This document shows, piece by piece, positions 26,304-39,563 of a stretch of 64,000 bases of DNA (position 1 is its first letter; each line of letters starts with the position of its first letter). This DNA comes from Vicugna vicugna (Eukaryota): positions 372,001 through 436,000 of the forward strand of contig MU057984.1 in NCBI GenBank assembly GCA_013265495.1. The letters run 5' to 3'. Below the pieces are notes generated by a model, which searched no databases, was not told where the DNA came from, and was given only the letters and a program-made list of their open reading frames with translations. The position numbers and the translations under genes are program-made.

Positions 26304-27557
26304 CTGTGGGAGAACAAGTTTAAAATTAAAAACACCTCAAAATGTTTGTTACAGAGGAAAAAAAAACATTCTCAATGACTAAATAAAATTCTATTTAAAA
26401 TCAAATAAGAGATGACAAAATTTACTTCATTTACCTACCTTTTGTAAATAAAAATTAGATTTTTTAATAACCTGAGAGCTTTCCAATAAATTGTTTAAGC
26501 ACACATCATTATCTAATGTTGCAATTGTCAAGTCTAAAAAATTGGATTGTGATAAGAAAATGTTAAGTCCTTCAGAAAAACAGTATAAGGGTTAAATTCT
26601 GGACCTATTACCTACCAGCTACGTGAGTGTAACAAGTTATCTCAACTCATTGCACTCAATTCTGTACACTATAGATTAAAAATAATCATACCTATAATTG
26701 TTTGCAAGACAAATTTCAAACATTCATCACACATGTATATACAAAGACAAATTTACACACATTTTCTCAATATTTATATTTAAATACTTAGAAGGGCATA
26801 TCCTGTACGCTGGCTACATGAGTGGGGATTATCATTTTAAAGACAAAGTCCAAAGACCTATTGTTTCCACATATTTTTCTGTTCTTTAAATAAGACAATG
26901 CAATCTTTATTTCATGAAACCTCCCAGACCAACTTGTGACACACGCTAATTATTAAATGGAGTAAAAAAATTCCAACCAATTCTTGATGCTGACAGTTTA
27001 TCAAATATCTAGTACTACATTGCATATTTATTTGCTAGCCAAGTGACAAATGTCACTAGCTTAGACTGACAAATAAGAAGTGCCCAAGGAACCATTCTGA
27101 ATAGCAGTTCTCCAGTTTAAGGTCTGTATAGCATACACAAGAGAGAGTAAAAGTAAGGGTTTGACTATTAGTCCTCAAATTCTGGCTCTGCCATTTACTC
27201 TGTGACTTTATGGAAGTTACTTGACCTTTCTTTTCTCAGTCTCCAGATAAGTAATGTATATAGTAAACCTAGTATATCCTGACGTTACCAACAGATCAAA
27301 GAAATATTTCATGAAGAAAATCAGCACCATCATAGGCCTTAAAATATTTCTACAAAAATTACGAAAAAGATAAATGGTCTAAACAGAATGAAAACATAAC
27401 CTATCACTAAATAAAAAGGAAAAAAAAGCAACAAAATGAGTGTAAATGGGAAGAAATAATAAACAATATAAACAGACACACAGGGGTCCCAGATACAGTT
27501 GTAAGACACAGATTTTTAAATTCAGTGTAGGTACTATGTTTAGAACGTCCACCTATA

Positions 27558-27622
27558 ATTATATAAAAATGACTAAATGGAGAACTATACATTATATAAA
27601 AATGATTAAATGGAAAATTTAC
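27558..27622 (+). repeat. 33-bp tandem duplication
   Basis: attatataaaaatgactaaatggagaactatac followed by attatataaaaatgattaaatggaaaatttac. Confidence 0.85.
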
Positions 27623-27639
27623 AAATAAATCCAGTAAGT

Positions 27640-30600
27640 AAAATTAAGAGAGCAATGGATGAGTTTAACAGCAGATTAAGTGAAGAGCAAACTAAGCGCT
27701 GAAATACAGATCATTGGAAAGTATCCATACTGCAATATATATGGACAAAAGGATGGGAAACAAAGAAGAGTGAGCAAAGAAGAGGAGCCCAAAAGAATGG
27801 AGCAGTCACGAAATGTGAAAGGATATAGGCTGAGAACTTTCCAAAATTGACAATTAAAATAAATCAAATCACAGATGAAAGAATCACTATGAACCCCAAA
27901 AACTACAAAGAAAACTTACCTGAGCATTTCAGACTGAAGCTGCTGAAAGCCAAATATAAAGAGAAAATTTTAAAGGTGTACCCCCCCCACCAAAACACCT
28001 TCAAAGCGGTAAAAATTCTAATTTCAGATGACTTCTTAATAGAAACAGTAGAATACAGAAGAAAATAATACATCTTAAATATGGTAAAAGAAAATAACTG
28101 CTAACCTAGAATCCTATGCTAAACAAAATTATATAATTAGAATAAAGGTGAAAAAATACAGCTATCTTCAGAAACAAAACACAGAATTTGTTACCAAGTG
28201 GCTTAAAATATTTAAAGAGAATTATTTGAGAGGAAGAAAATCATCTTATCTGGAAGATCAAAGATACAAAAAGAATGAAGAAAAATTAAATTGGTAAATA
28301 TATGGGCAAATACTGACTGATTAATAACAAAATCTGGGACATATATATATATATATATGGTTACAATACACAACAACAATAGCATATGTCAGGGGGAAGA
28401 AAATAAAGTTAAAATATCATAAGTCCTTGTAATATCAGGGAAGAGGATAAAATTATTAGTTAGCATAAGACTTCAATAAATTAATAATGTATGCTATATA
28501 TATAAGGTAATCATTAAAATAAGAGAAGTGTAAGAAGTATATTTAACTTCTAAGCTAGTAGAGGATAAATCAAAAAATAAGAAGAAAATATTTAATCAAT
28601 CCAGAAGGCAAAAAAGGAAAGAAAAGGAAGACAGAGTAGACAGAAAAATAGAAGAACTTGAAAACATCATAGACTTAAATCCAAATTTACAGTATTTATA
28701 TTAAATTTATATAAACCATAAAGTTGAATTGAAAGACAAAGATTTAAAGAAGAATATGAAACAAGCTATGTATACGGCATAAAATGAGACATAGCCAAAA
28801 ACATAGGAAACAAAGATTTATGTAAAAGATTCAAAAAATGCTATATAAATATTAACCAGGAGTAATGTACCTATATTAATATAAGACAGCTTAGAATTTA
28901 AGGCACAAACCGTTACTAAGTATAAAGACAGACATTCCATGGGCATAAAAGTTGCAATACACCATGAAGATATTATAATTGCATATTTCAACGTACTTGG
29001 TAACAGCTTCAAAATATGTAAAGCAAAATGACTGAATTTTTAAAAAGTAGCCAAATAACAAATACAAATAAAGACTTTAACAATTTATCCTAATAATTGA
29101 TAATTTAAAAATCAGTAAGCATATGTATTATTTAAAGAATATAATAAGTAAACTTGTACCATGTGTGTAGACGGAAAATACCTTTCAATAACTACAAAAT
29201 ACACAATATTTTCAAGTTGAAATTTCTATAAAAACTAAATGCTGGCTAATAAACAAATGTCCAAAAATTTCAAAGGGGATGGTCTCTGACCTCAATGAAA
29301 TTATGCTGAATACCAACAGCAAAATCACCAAACATAAGCTTCTAGACAATTTTTATAAATCACATCGGAAATTAGAAAAAAAAAAGAATGGAATGAAAAT
29401 AATATATTATATATAAAAATATGCAATTAATATGCAGCCAAATTTAGATAAAATTTATAGTTTAAAAATTAAATCTTTTCATTATGAAAACTCATAACTA
29501 CTAGAAATAAACTTCATAAACTGATGAAAGGTCTCTATAAAAAGCAGAGAGTGAACCTCATACTTAATGATAAATGTTGAAAGGTTTTCTTCCTAAAATT
29601 GAGATTAAGAGGAAGATGCCTACCATTCATTATGTAACTGGAGACTGGAGCCAACGTATTAACTCAAGGAAGAGAAATCAAAGATGTAAGAAGTGAAAAA
29701 GAAAAAAAAAGTGATCATTTGCAGATACGTTTCAGAAAATAAAAAAAAAAAAAACTACAGACAAAGAATTAGTAAGTTGCCTTAACAAGACTACTGAATA
29801 AATGTCAGTATATGATAATCAACATTATTTATACATAGCATATAGAAAAATCAAACATAATAAGAAAAAATGTCATTTAACATAACTTCCAAAACATAAT
29901 AAATAACCAAGGATAAATCTACCAAAATATGTGCAAGAACTGCAACTGAAAACTATAAATCATAACTACAATAAATTCTAAAGGAGCTAAATAAAGGAAG
30001 ATAAAAGCTTTGTTTTCAGATTAAGGTGACAGTGCAAAGATGTCATTTCTTTCTAAATGTATTCATAGACAAAGTTCGATCACAATAAAAATAATGGCAA
30101 GATGCCTTTTTGGGGCAGATACTTATAATTGATTCTAATATTTATATAGAAATGCAAATGGCATAAGTAGCTAAGAAGATACTGAAGAACAATAAACTTT
30201 GAGTACTTACACTACTGGATATCAAGAACTATAAAGTAACAGAATTTTAGATGATTTGATATTGATGCATAAGTATATAAATTAATCAAAGGAATATACT
30301 ACACAGATTTACAACTATATGAATACTTAACTTATAAGGAAGGAGGCATTGTACAGTAGAAAGGGAGTAGGAAGGATGGTCTTTTCCATAACTGGTACTG
30401 AGTCAATCATATATTCATATTTTAAGAAATAGGGAAAAATAAAATATACCTTGACCTTTATCTCACAACATATGTAAAAGTAAATGCCAGGAGGCCCAAA
30501 CATCAAACATGAAAGACAAAGTAACAAAGCTGCTAGGAGGATATCTTCATGTATCAGGGAAAGAAAGATTTCTTAAAGACCAGACAAAAGCAGTAACTAT

Positions 30601-33150
30601 TAAGGTAAGTATTCAAAAATTAGAGTACATTAAAATTGGGGAAAAGATATTCACAATACATATAACCAACAATAAACGTACATACAAAATTCATAAAATT
30701 TCTACAAATAAATAAGAAAAAAAGAATACAATTTATTTTAATGGGAAAAAATCATGAACAGACTCTTTATGATGCAGCATTTTCAAATGACCAAGTACAT
30801 GTAAAAATTTTCTCAATATCAATAGTAAGATATCAATTCAAATAACAACCATCAGAAAGAGCTAATATTGAAAAGACTGACAATATTAAGTACTTCCTAG
30901 GATGTAAAGCAACTGGAACTTTCATGTATGACCTGTGGGAATGGAAATTGGTAGGGAATAAATCTACAACAAAAATGAAATCAGGAAAAGAAACATTAGT
31001 ATACCAGAAACTTTCAAGACTGTAAGACAGAGAATGGATAGAACTGTATTGAGGAATAAGTTACAATGATGGACTGCACAGCAGTATGCTACAAGGGAAA
31101 AGGAAGCCCTTTTTCTCAGAGGAACTTAAGAGAGGCTCTAAATTGAGAATTGGCAGATGCAGAGGAAGGAAGTGAACTGGGAGGTAGTAATCATGATGAT
31201 TAATAAAAATACTACATATGGAAGAGATATTTGAGAAGGCATGCATCCATAACATAAAAATAGGATGCTATTATGAAAGAAAAACACAGAAGGAAGGAGG
31301 AAAGGAGGTAAAGAAAAGAGGGTGAGAGACAAAGAATAAAGAATTAAAGAATGACAGAGAGTTCTTAGAAAACAAAACTATAAATATCAATTTTAAAATG
31401 TTATAGAAGACTTGAAGAAGTAGTGAAGGAGATCTACAAGTATAAGAAAGCAAAATACAGAAAAAGATGAAAAACATTAAGACTTAATTGAAAGTGATAC
31501 AAAGGATTAGTCATGCAGGTTCACCATCATTCTAAAAGGAGATTAAGAAAGAGAGGATAGAGAAAAGAGAGACAACAAAGGGCAGGAATAGCAGAAAAGG
31601 AGGCAGGGAAAAACAGTTAAGAGATTAGTTTTGTAAGTGAAAGGGCTACTGAATGCAAAGCAGATTGAATGATATAAAATGTTCCCACACTCAGAATTTA
31701 TTGCCATTAAGTTGCAGGATAAAAAGATTAGCAGAAAAATGGGAACCATAAAATAATTTTGAGAGAATGAACATGGTACTCATGAAATATGACAATAGAT
31801 TTCTCATCAGAAACAATGAATGATTCTAGATGATAGGGTAATGTAGGAGACATCGAAGAAGGACTGTAAGCATTGCCAACATTACATGTTCCTGAGAAAG
31901 TATCTTCTTAGCCTGAGAGTCCATGATCCAAAGATTCCAAATCAAAAAATAAGCACTAAATAACAATGTCACTTGGAGAAAGTGTTTCCTTATTCAAAGT
32001 TTTTTGGTTGTGGGCAGCTTTCTTTCCAGGGCTAGAGAGGCCTCATACTCCTTTAGAACTGCCCTTCCCCAGGTAGTATGCATGGGCTGTTTCCCAATTT
32101 TTAAAATAGCGAAGTTCTCAACTCCATCAGGAAACAACCAGAAGGCCAGTGTGAATATTAGTAGGGATATATAACAGAAACTTACTAGAAAATTATCTAA
32201 AAATATAAAAGATTTTTAAAAGCTTTTATTATTTGATTGAGTGAGCCCACCTCTGTGAACTTTCCTATATAACATCCAGAAATGTCTGTTACCATTTATA
32301 AACAGATATGTTCAACCTTGCATTGTTTTTAACAAAATATACAACAAAATAACATAAGTAAATGCCAAACAATTCATGTGAATGGGCAAGTAAATAATAA
32401 TGCATGAATGCAATAACATATTATACAACAAATTAGCAATCATTATAAAAAATATGGAAAATTAAAATGAAAATCACAAGCTCTATAAAAAACAACAAAA
32501 ATAAGAACACTTAATAGAAAAAAATTCTGGGATGCATCCAATGTGGAACAGAGACAAATGTATAGATCTGAAAATAAGCATGCCATTCAAGTTTGAAGAA
32601 AAAGTAAATCACAAAGAAAAAAATTCAGCTTTAAATAATTTAGAAAACACAGAAATGAATAAATGAATCCAAGAACTTATCCATTATATGGGACATAAAA
32701 GTGTATCTAAATCAAGAAAAAATAAAATTATAAGTTAGGAAGAGACTATAAACATATAAACCATAATACCACTAGTTGCAACTGTTAGATAAATTTTAAA
32801 TGTCCTATCAATGATTTACCTGAAAATGAAAATAAATCATTAAAATTTACTCAAAATAGATAAAATATTCAGTAGAACACCAAAGCCAAAAACTGAAAAG
32901 TTGTAAGATAATAACTTTTCTAAAAAATTCCCTGGAGTCAGATGATTTATGATGGAGTCTGTAAATATTCAGTCTATCTGCTGCATTAATTTTCCCTCAG
33001 CATAGGCAAAGATGAAATATTAGTGAATCCATTCTCTAAAGCTGATATTGACCTATTATTTAAAAAACTGAAAAAGAAAACTTAAGGGAAAACTATAGAC
33101 TTAGTGTAACCGAGCTCACTCCTGGGTAGAGATGCAAAAATTCTCATACA
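27640..33150 (+). mobile_element. Ancient fragmented LINE-1 (L1M-type) ORF1/ORF2 relics
   Basis: Very A-rich. Degenerate ORF1 (KLLKAKYKEKILK, aacctagaatcctat) and ORF2-like blocks. Probably several pieces. Confidence 0.7.
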
Positions 33151-33804
33151 GCCCTTCTAGCTACACAGATTAGTACTCTCCCCTATGGTGCTAGCAAGTT
33201 ACCGCAGGGATGAAAAAGGAGGTAGGAAAGCTCTAAGAACCACTACACTAGCAATATTATAACAAGGGAAGTGCCTACATTTCTATTAAAATTAACAAGG
33301 GAATTAAGTGACTTGATAGAACCAATGCAGTTATAACTATTTTAGATATGCTGAGTAATAAAACACATGAAAGAGGTAAATGTATTGTCAAAGAGGAGAT
33401 AGTGTCAAAAAAACTGTCTGTCTTCCTCACTAACATCACTTGCTATCTGTCTACATGACTATACTCTAGATTGAATCTCATTTATATAGAAATGTGGAGT
33501 TCCCAAGTTTTTCAAGTTTTAAAGGGCTCTTCCTACTCATACTTCATCTACTGACATTTTGCAGTTGAAGAAACTGAGGTTCAAAGGCTTTCAGTGCTTG
33601 CCTAAAATCATAGGATGTTTAGAAGAAAAAAGTATATGCATACTAAAGAATTTTTATTTGCATTTTTTTGCTTTAACAGCCTCCTCATAATTCATCAGTT
33701 TAGAATAAATGATTTAATGTTGTTTCACTTCATACAACCCCAATAAATAGCTATCTTATTATATGAGACAAAGTAAGGGATTCAGATAAACATATAGCTG
33801 TTAC

Positions 33805-34033
33805 CTTCTTATAGTCTCTGGAATAGACAGAGAATGGGGTCCTTCAGGCCAGCCAAAGAGACTGAACCAGGTCTGAGCTGCATTTACAACCTTCTGAAAG
33901 AAGCTGTATGTTTTTGTTCCTTCTTCAAGAAAAAAGAATTGCTCGTTTTTCACCTCCTTTTCCACAGATCTGTTGCCTCTCCTTGACATTTTACTTCTGC
34001 CTGACTCCAATCTTTCAGGTATTATTTCCATTC
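33805..34033 (-). CDS. CFAP47: CFAP47 internal coding exon D (229 nt, phase 1 to 2)
   Basis: ttttag|GAATG ... AGAAG|gtaac. Encodes MEIIPERLES...FFQKVVNAAQTWFSLFGWPEGPHSLSIPETIR(R). WFSLFGWPEGPH is recognised as CFAP47/CHDC2. Confidence 0.93.
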
Positions 34034-35189
34034 CTAAAATTCACATTTGTTTATAAAGAAGGGTTACTTGACCATACAGTAAAACAGTGTCAGCTAATGT
34101 TATCTGTATGTAGACAAATAGAGTTTATTCTGCAAATTATTCCATACTTTCAAAGAAATTCTGAGTCAATTTATTATATCTCAAAATAAAGAAAACAGAT
34201 TTATTTTCAAATGCCCAACAGAAATACTTTAAAAAGAGATAAATTTAATAAAGAAAAGCATTAAATTTTCTCTTTGCCATAATGATATGTGAAAACATTC
34301 CCTCAAATGGAACCTTTTATTATGTATGTAAAATATTTTGACAATTCTTCAGTTTTACTCTTTAGACAGAATTAAACCTTAGCTGAAAAACTAATAAAAA
34401 CAAAATACTGGTTTTAAATGCAAAATGACTTTCTATCTAAGTGAAGCACTTCAATAAAACAAAACATTTTTGAGTCAAAGAAATTTTCAAGAATGCAAAA
34501 TGATTTTATCATATTTTTTCAAAAATATCTGCCTGTGTAATGGTACAAGCACAAACTCATTTCAAAACCTCACAATATTTAATTTGGTTTAGTCCATTCA
34601 ATAAAAACTGAAAATGTTCAATATTATCCAAATTCAGATAAAGGAATATTTGAATAGTTAATTGCTAATTATAATATCAAATTCATATATTTATCTGTTT
34701 GTATCTCTTTCTAAGATAGGCAACACTGGACCCAGCTAAATAATTTGGAGACCAAGCCCTAGTTCAGCAGTTCTCAAACTATGTACCAAGGGTAACTGTA
34801 TAGAGGGGCACAACAAATTTATAGGGGTTTTGCTGGATATTTAACGTTTTAGTTAAGTATCACTACAGCATCTGTTGGATAACATATGAACTAATATTCT
34901 TGGGTTTTTCTACCAATCAATTCAATAAATGGAACTGCCTGGTACATCTTTTGGCCTAAGGGAAAAGTACTAAGGTACTAAGTACACCATGAACCAAAAA
35001 CAATAGAGAATTTCTGCTCTAAATCATTGGCGAGACCTCCCAAAGCAGATGACCCACTCAAAACTAATGACAAATTTTCTTCATAGATTTTTTTATTACC
35101 TGAAAAAGTCTAAGTTTTGAATTAAATAATATTAAACAGATCATGTTAAGGATTGGGTCTAAATGGGACACTACATATTTGCCACATAC

Positions 35190-35315
35190 CAACAAATAAT
35201 CTTCCTTTTGCAGGCCCAGCATCACTAAATTTACTAGGAGCAGGAGAGGGTAATCGAGCCTCTCGGCTAGGAAGCAGAACTTTGCCTTCAGTCTTCACAG
35301 AACTGGCATCCTTAT
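35190..35315 (-). CDS. CFAP47: CFAP47 internal coding exon C (126 nt, phase 1 to 1)
   Basis: tttgtag|ATAAG ... GTTG|gtatgt. Encodes (D)KDASSVKTEGKVLLPSREARLPSPAPSKFSDAGPAKGRLFV(G), inside ORF 35146..35328. Confidence 0.88.
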
Positions 35316-36619
35316 CTACAAATGACATACTAGATCAGAGTAGGTCAAACAAGCATTTGTAAATTCATCATCAAATTACTGAAGTTGAATTTTATATATA
35401 TATAATTATATAAATTATATTCACATATATGAATTAAATATATATACATACACACATGTATATACATATACAGTACAAAGTAAATGGAAAAAGTCTCAAT
35501 GCCCATTACACATGAAATAAGATGTCAAATAAGAAAAAAAATAGTGATATGGTTTTCTGAATTGAATGAATTTTATAAATAAGACAATAATTATGGTATA
35601 TCAGTTATGAACAATGAACAATGTTCAACTTTAGCATAAACAAGAATATGCAAAAACTTTTCAATGTTTCTACATCCAAATTTTTGGGACTGCTATATAC
35701 AGTGTTCACAATCAAATATAAGAAGAGTGTCACAAACACAAGAAATTTCTTCCTGGTTTTCTTAGTTAATTTTCTGAAATGAAGTCACTGCTTGGTTATA
35801 AGCTGATACTATTTTGTACAGCTTTTGACCTCTATTCTAGTTATAGTTGCTGTGCATATAGTAGAATTTGCCACTATGGTAATCCAAACCCAACTGAAGG
35901 CAATGCTGACCAAGAAAAGGCAGTACATGTCACCCAAAGCCAGGTATCTACCTGCCTACCTATCTACCTATTTATCTATCTACCTACATACCTGCCTACC
36001 TGTCCACATATGTGTGTACATATATGTGTGTATACACACACTCATTCATAATCTAATTGTCAGAGAAGCACAGTCTGTGCAGTTAAAAAGATCTCATTTG
36101 AAAGCTGTTAAACCATAGTTATTTTATACAAGTTCTCTGAAACATGTGTTTTTATTTGTAAAATGAAACCAAAGGTTCTCAGTTCATGTGTTTGTTGTGA
36201 GGATTACTTTATAGGCAATAACACATATAAATAAACTGGAATATACTAAGTTTCTTCCACTGTTTCAATACAAAGCCATTCAGAATTTGCCAGGGAACTT
36301 TTACCCAGCAGGTGTGCATATCTTCAGAATGCTAAGCCACTCTAGACTTCACAGAAGTGAGCCTTAGGAAATTCAATGACAGAATGATTTGTTGTTGACA
36401 GAATGATAGTTCATTTGGCAGTGTCTTCTCAACTCACCATCAAATGACAAAAAGTTCCTAGTGAGGTACAAACCCACATCTGTTTCCTTCAACTAAAGTC
36501 AGTGATTTATATGATAGTTTTTATTCAGCATATTAACTATAACCAGTAAATCATAATTCCTTACGTTTGGATATATTTAGTACGTTTTAAGATTTCACTT
36601 TTACTGAACATATACTCTA

Positions 36620-36830
36620 GAGCGCAGTAGCTATGTCTGTAGGCTCTGTTGTCTTACAAATTTGGTTAGAATTCCCTGGGTGCAATGTGCTCAACCTCTC
36701 CATGACTTAGTTTCTTAATCTGTAAAGTGAGATTAGTAAGATTATTGAACCAGAGTTGTTGAGGACTAAGTGAAATAAAAAATATAAAGTCCTCAACGGA
36801 GCACCATATGCCTGGGAGGCACTAAATACA
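36620..36830 (+). mobile_element. MIR SINE fragment
   Basis: aacctctccatgacttagtttcttaatctgtaaagtgagatt...gttgttgaggactaagtga. Confidence 0.65.
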
Positions 36831-37096
36831 TATTATAAATAGTTATTATACATATTTCTAAAGATATTATAGAATATTTAAGAATCATGATGTCTTTCTA
36901 CAGTAATATAAATTACCCAAATGGATGCATTACTTTAAACGATCATCATACAAACACAAAAACTACTCATTTTTTTCCTTTTAAAGATACAGCAATATTT
37001 TGTACAGTAATTCTTCATTATTTGGGGGGAGTATTATAAAAAATGTAAAAGAGTGGCCAAGTAACAATAATAAGCTATAATAGCAATAATAATGAA

Positions 37097-37120
37097 ATGA
37101 TGATGATGATGATGATGATA
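37097..37120. repeat. (ATG)n microsatellite
   Basis: About 8 ATG units flanked by (AAT)n. Confidence 0.9.
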
Positions 37121-38553
37121 ATAATTCTTGCTACTCTCCTGCCATGCACATTTTGTTTAATAACTGAGGTTTGAGGATCTGAGAATTAAAGATAAAAGCA
37201 TATGACAAAATGGTGAGGTTAGAACACAAAATAGAACTTCTGCCCAGGTTCTGTGACTCTTTATCCTCTGCTCTATTATGTTGTGTTATAATCTACCCAC
37301 CAAAATATTAGAGGGATATAAAAATATAACATCAAGATTCATCAGAAAAATGTTTAAAATTTTGAGAATGTATGTAAAATTTGTCACCTACATGTGCTGA
37401 AAAGGAACAATCAAAGAGGTGAAAAGAGGCCTGGGGAAGTATGGTATGGGGAAGCCCAGAGAGAGTTTGAAGGGAAGGGGCGGTAGGGCGGTCAACGGTG
37501 TAAATTGCTGTTCAGCAGTGCAGTGACAGCAGTTTAGTGGATCTAACAGCCTGGTTTCCTTTGCTAGTTTTCTCCCTCTCCCTAGGAAATTGAGTGGTTT
37601 ATCTGACTGATAAAGGAGACATGCATGGCTTAAATTTGGGAACAAGCCCATCCAGCAAGGGGATACAGTTTCCTCTTTCCTCCCAGATGTCATCCTGCAC
37701 ACTCACCCAAAGCAGCTAAGAGAAGGAGGCAGAAGTTGGAGGGCCAGAGTAATTAAGCAAGGTTAGCTGATTAAGCAAGGTCCCTAGATAAGATTCAGAT
37801 AAAGCAAAGACCCAAGGCAGGAGAGAGTCTTGTCTCCTTGACTTTGTGATGGGCTCCAAGGCATGCTTGGCATTTGGAAATTCAGAGTGTTCCTACCTGA
37901 TAGTCTCCAGTTTTTCTGAAAAGTGAGGGAAAAGGTTGTCCCCTGAGACTGAGGCAAAATAGGATTAAAGAGTTTTCAGAGTGGTAATCATTTGAAGGAG
38001 CAAGTGGAGAATATGAGAAAACAAAGAAAAGACCTCTAATTCAGCACTGAAACTTTAGACTTTGAAAATCTACATGGGGAGAATTTTTTCCCACTCTCTA
38101 TCCTTTCGCTTCCTCTGAAATGTACTCCATTAAGCATCCTCCTCTGTGTCTTACATTTCAAATCGTTCCCTGCCTGCAACTTCTCTTCTATTACTCTTAG
38201 CTTGTCTCACTGTTTCTCCTGCAGCAACTCCTAGCTGGTCTACTGATCACTCTCCCACTTTAATTCATCTCATATCCCAACTTTGCTTCCTTTCTAAGTC
38301 ACTGATCAAAACCACCCAAATCCACGGAAGGGCCCCGCTGTTACAGAATAAAGGATGCAGTGGTGTGGCCCCATACTTACACTCTCTGCTTTTTGTCTCC
38401 CATCATACCCCCATGTCTTTGCTATATTGACCTTTTGTCCAAATCATCCTGTTCAAATCAAGATTATCATTCCTCAAACTCTACACAAATGTCATCTCTT
38501 CTATAAAGTCATCCAAACCTCCAACATGAGTGAGTAGAGAATAGCCTTTGTTT

Positions 38554-38838
38554 TGTTGGAGGTTTACAAGGACAACATGACCTGGCCAACGGGGATGACT
38601 GTAAGAGCAAAGAATGCCTGCAGCAAGAAGATTACAACCACCAATGACACCCCCTTATTTTTTGTATAAAAGGAGCCTGTATTCTGACTAGAGCAGGATG
38701 GCTCTCCAAGACATTAGTCTCCCATCCTCTCAGTCTGCCGGCTTTCTGAATAAAGTCGCTATTCCTTGCCCCAACACCTCATCTTCCAATTTATTGGCCC
38801 ATCTTGCGGTGAGCAGAACGAGTCTGGACTCGGCAACA
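38554..38838 (+). mobile_element. Short ERV1 solo LTR, MER41-like
   Basis: TG...CA ends, tataaaa, aataaagtcgctattccttgccccaacac and end gagcagaacgagtctggactcggcaaca. Confidence 0.65.
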
Positions 38839-39134
38839 TCAGCAATAACCTCTGCACCACTCCCACATTCCCAAGATGCCAATCAGCTCATACACAGAGC
38901 ACTTAATTTAATCTTCTTTGTGTTAAGTTATTTATGTATCTTTCACTAGAATGTCAACTTTTGCAATAAGAGACACTGCCATATTCTACTCTCAATGTTA
39001 AACATAGCCCCTGGTAATGGTAGAAGTTTAGTAAACATCTCTTAATTTTAAAATCACTCCATTTCTAGATGTCAGCCTTGGATGACAAGAACATATACAC
39101 TAACAGTTAGAGACAATAGTCATGTGTAACTTAC

Positions 39135-39235
39135 CATTCTTTACAATAATTTTCTGCTTATCAAGATGAATTGCCATATATGAATAAATAGTAAGAATGC
39201 AGTTTTCTGCTGCTGCAGCAACTGGAAGTGAAAAC
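39135..39235 (-). CDS. CFAP47: CFAP47 internal coding exon B (101 nt, phase 2 to 1)
   Basis: ttttcacttctag|GTTT ... AATG|gtaagt. Encodes (R)FSLPVAAAAENCILTIYSYMAIHLDKQKIIVKN(D). Confidence 0.92.
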
Positions 39236-39421
39236 CTAGAAGTGAAAACGTTGTATTTCAATAAAATAAATTTTTCAGATGCAGTAAATACAATGAAAGA
39301 TTTTTTAAGTGTCCTGGATGCCTTTAATGATCAAGACATGAATTATTCATCATTTTTCTTTCCAGCTACTTTGTTTTTCCTAACCTCCTACTGCTTTAAT
39401 GGTTTAAGAATATTTACTTTT

Positions 39422-39563
39422 TTTAATTTTTAAAAAATTTTATTTATTTATTTGGGGGGTAATTAGGTTTATTTATTTTATTTTTAGAGGAGGTATTGGG
39501 GATTCAACCCAGTACCTCCTGCATGCTAAGCATGCACTCTACCACTTGAGCCATACCCTCCCC
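39422..39563 (-). mobile_element. Camelid-type tRNA-derived SINE (vic-1-like)
   Basis: Minus strand GGGGAGGGTATGGCTCAAGTGGTAGAGTGCATGCTTAGCATGC...GGGTTGAATCCCC with Pol III A/B boxes and an A-rich tail. Perfect 16-bp TSD aagaatatttactttt (39406-39421, 39564-39579). Confidence 0.92.

Noticed and set aside
39490..39563. tRNA gene-like sequence (also 42175-42247)
   Set aside because: These are SINE heads with A-rich tails and TSDs, not tRNA genes.
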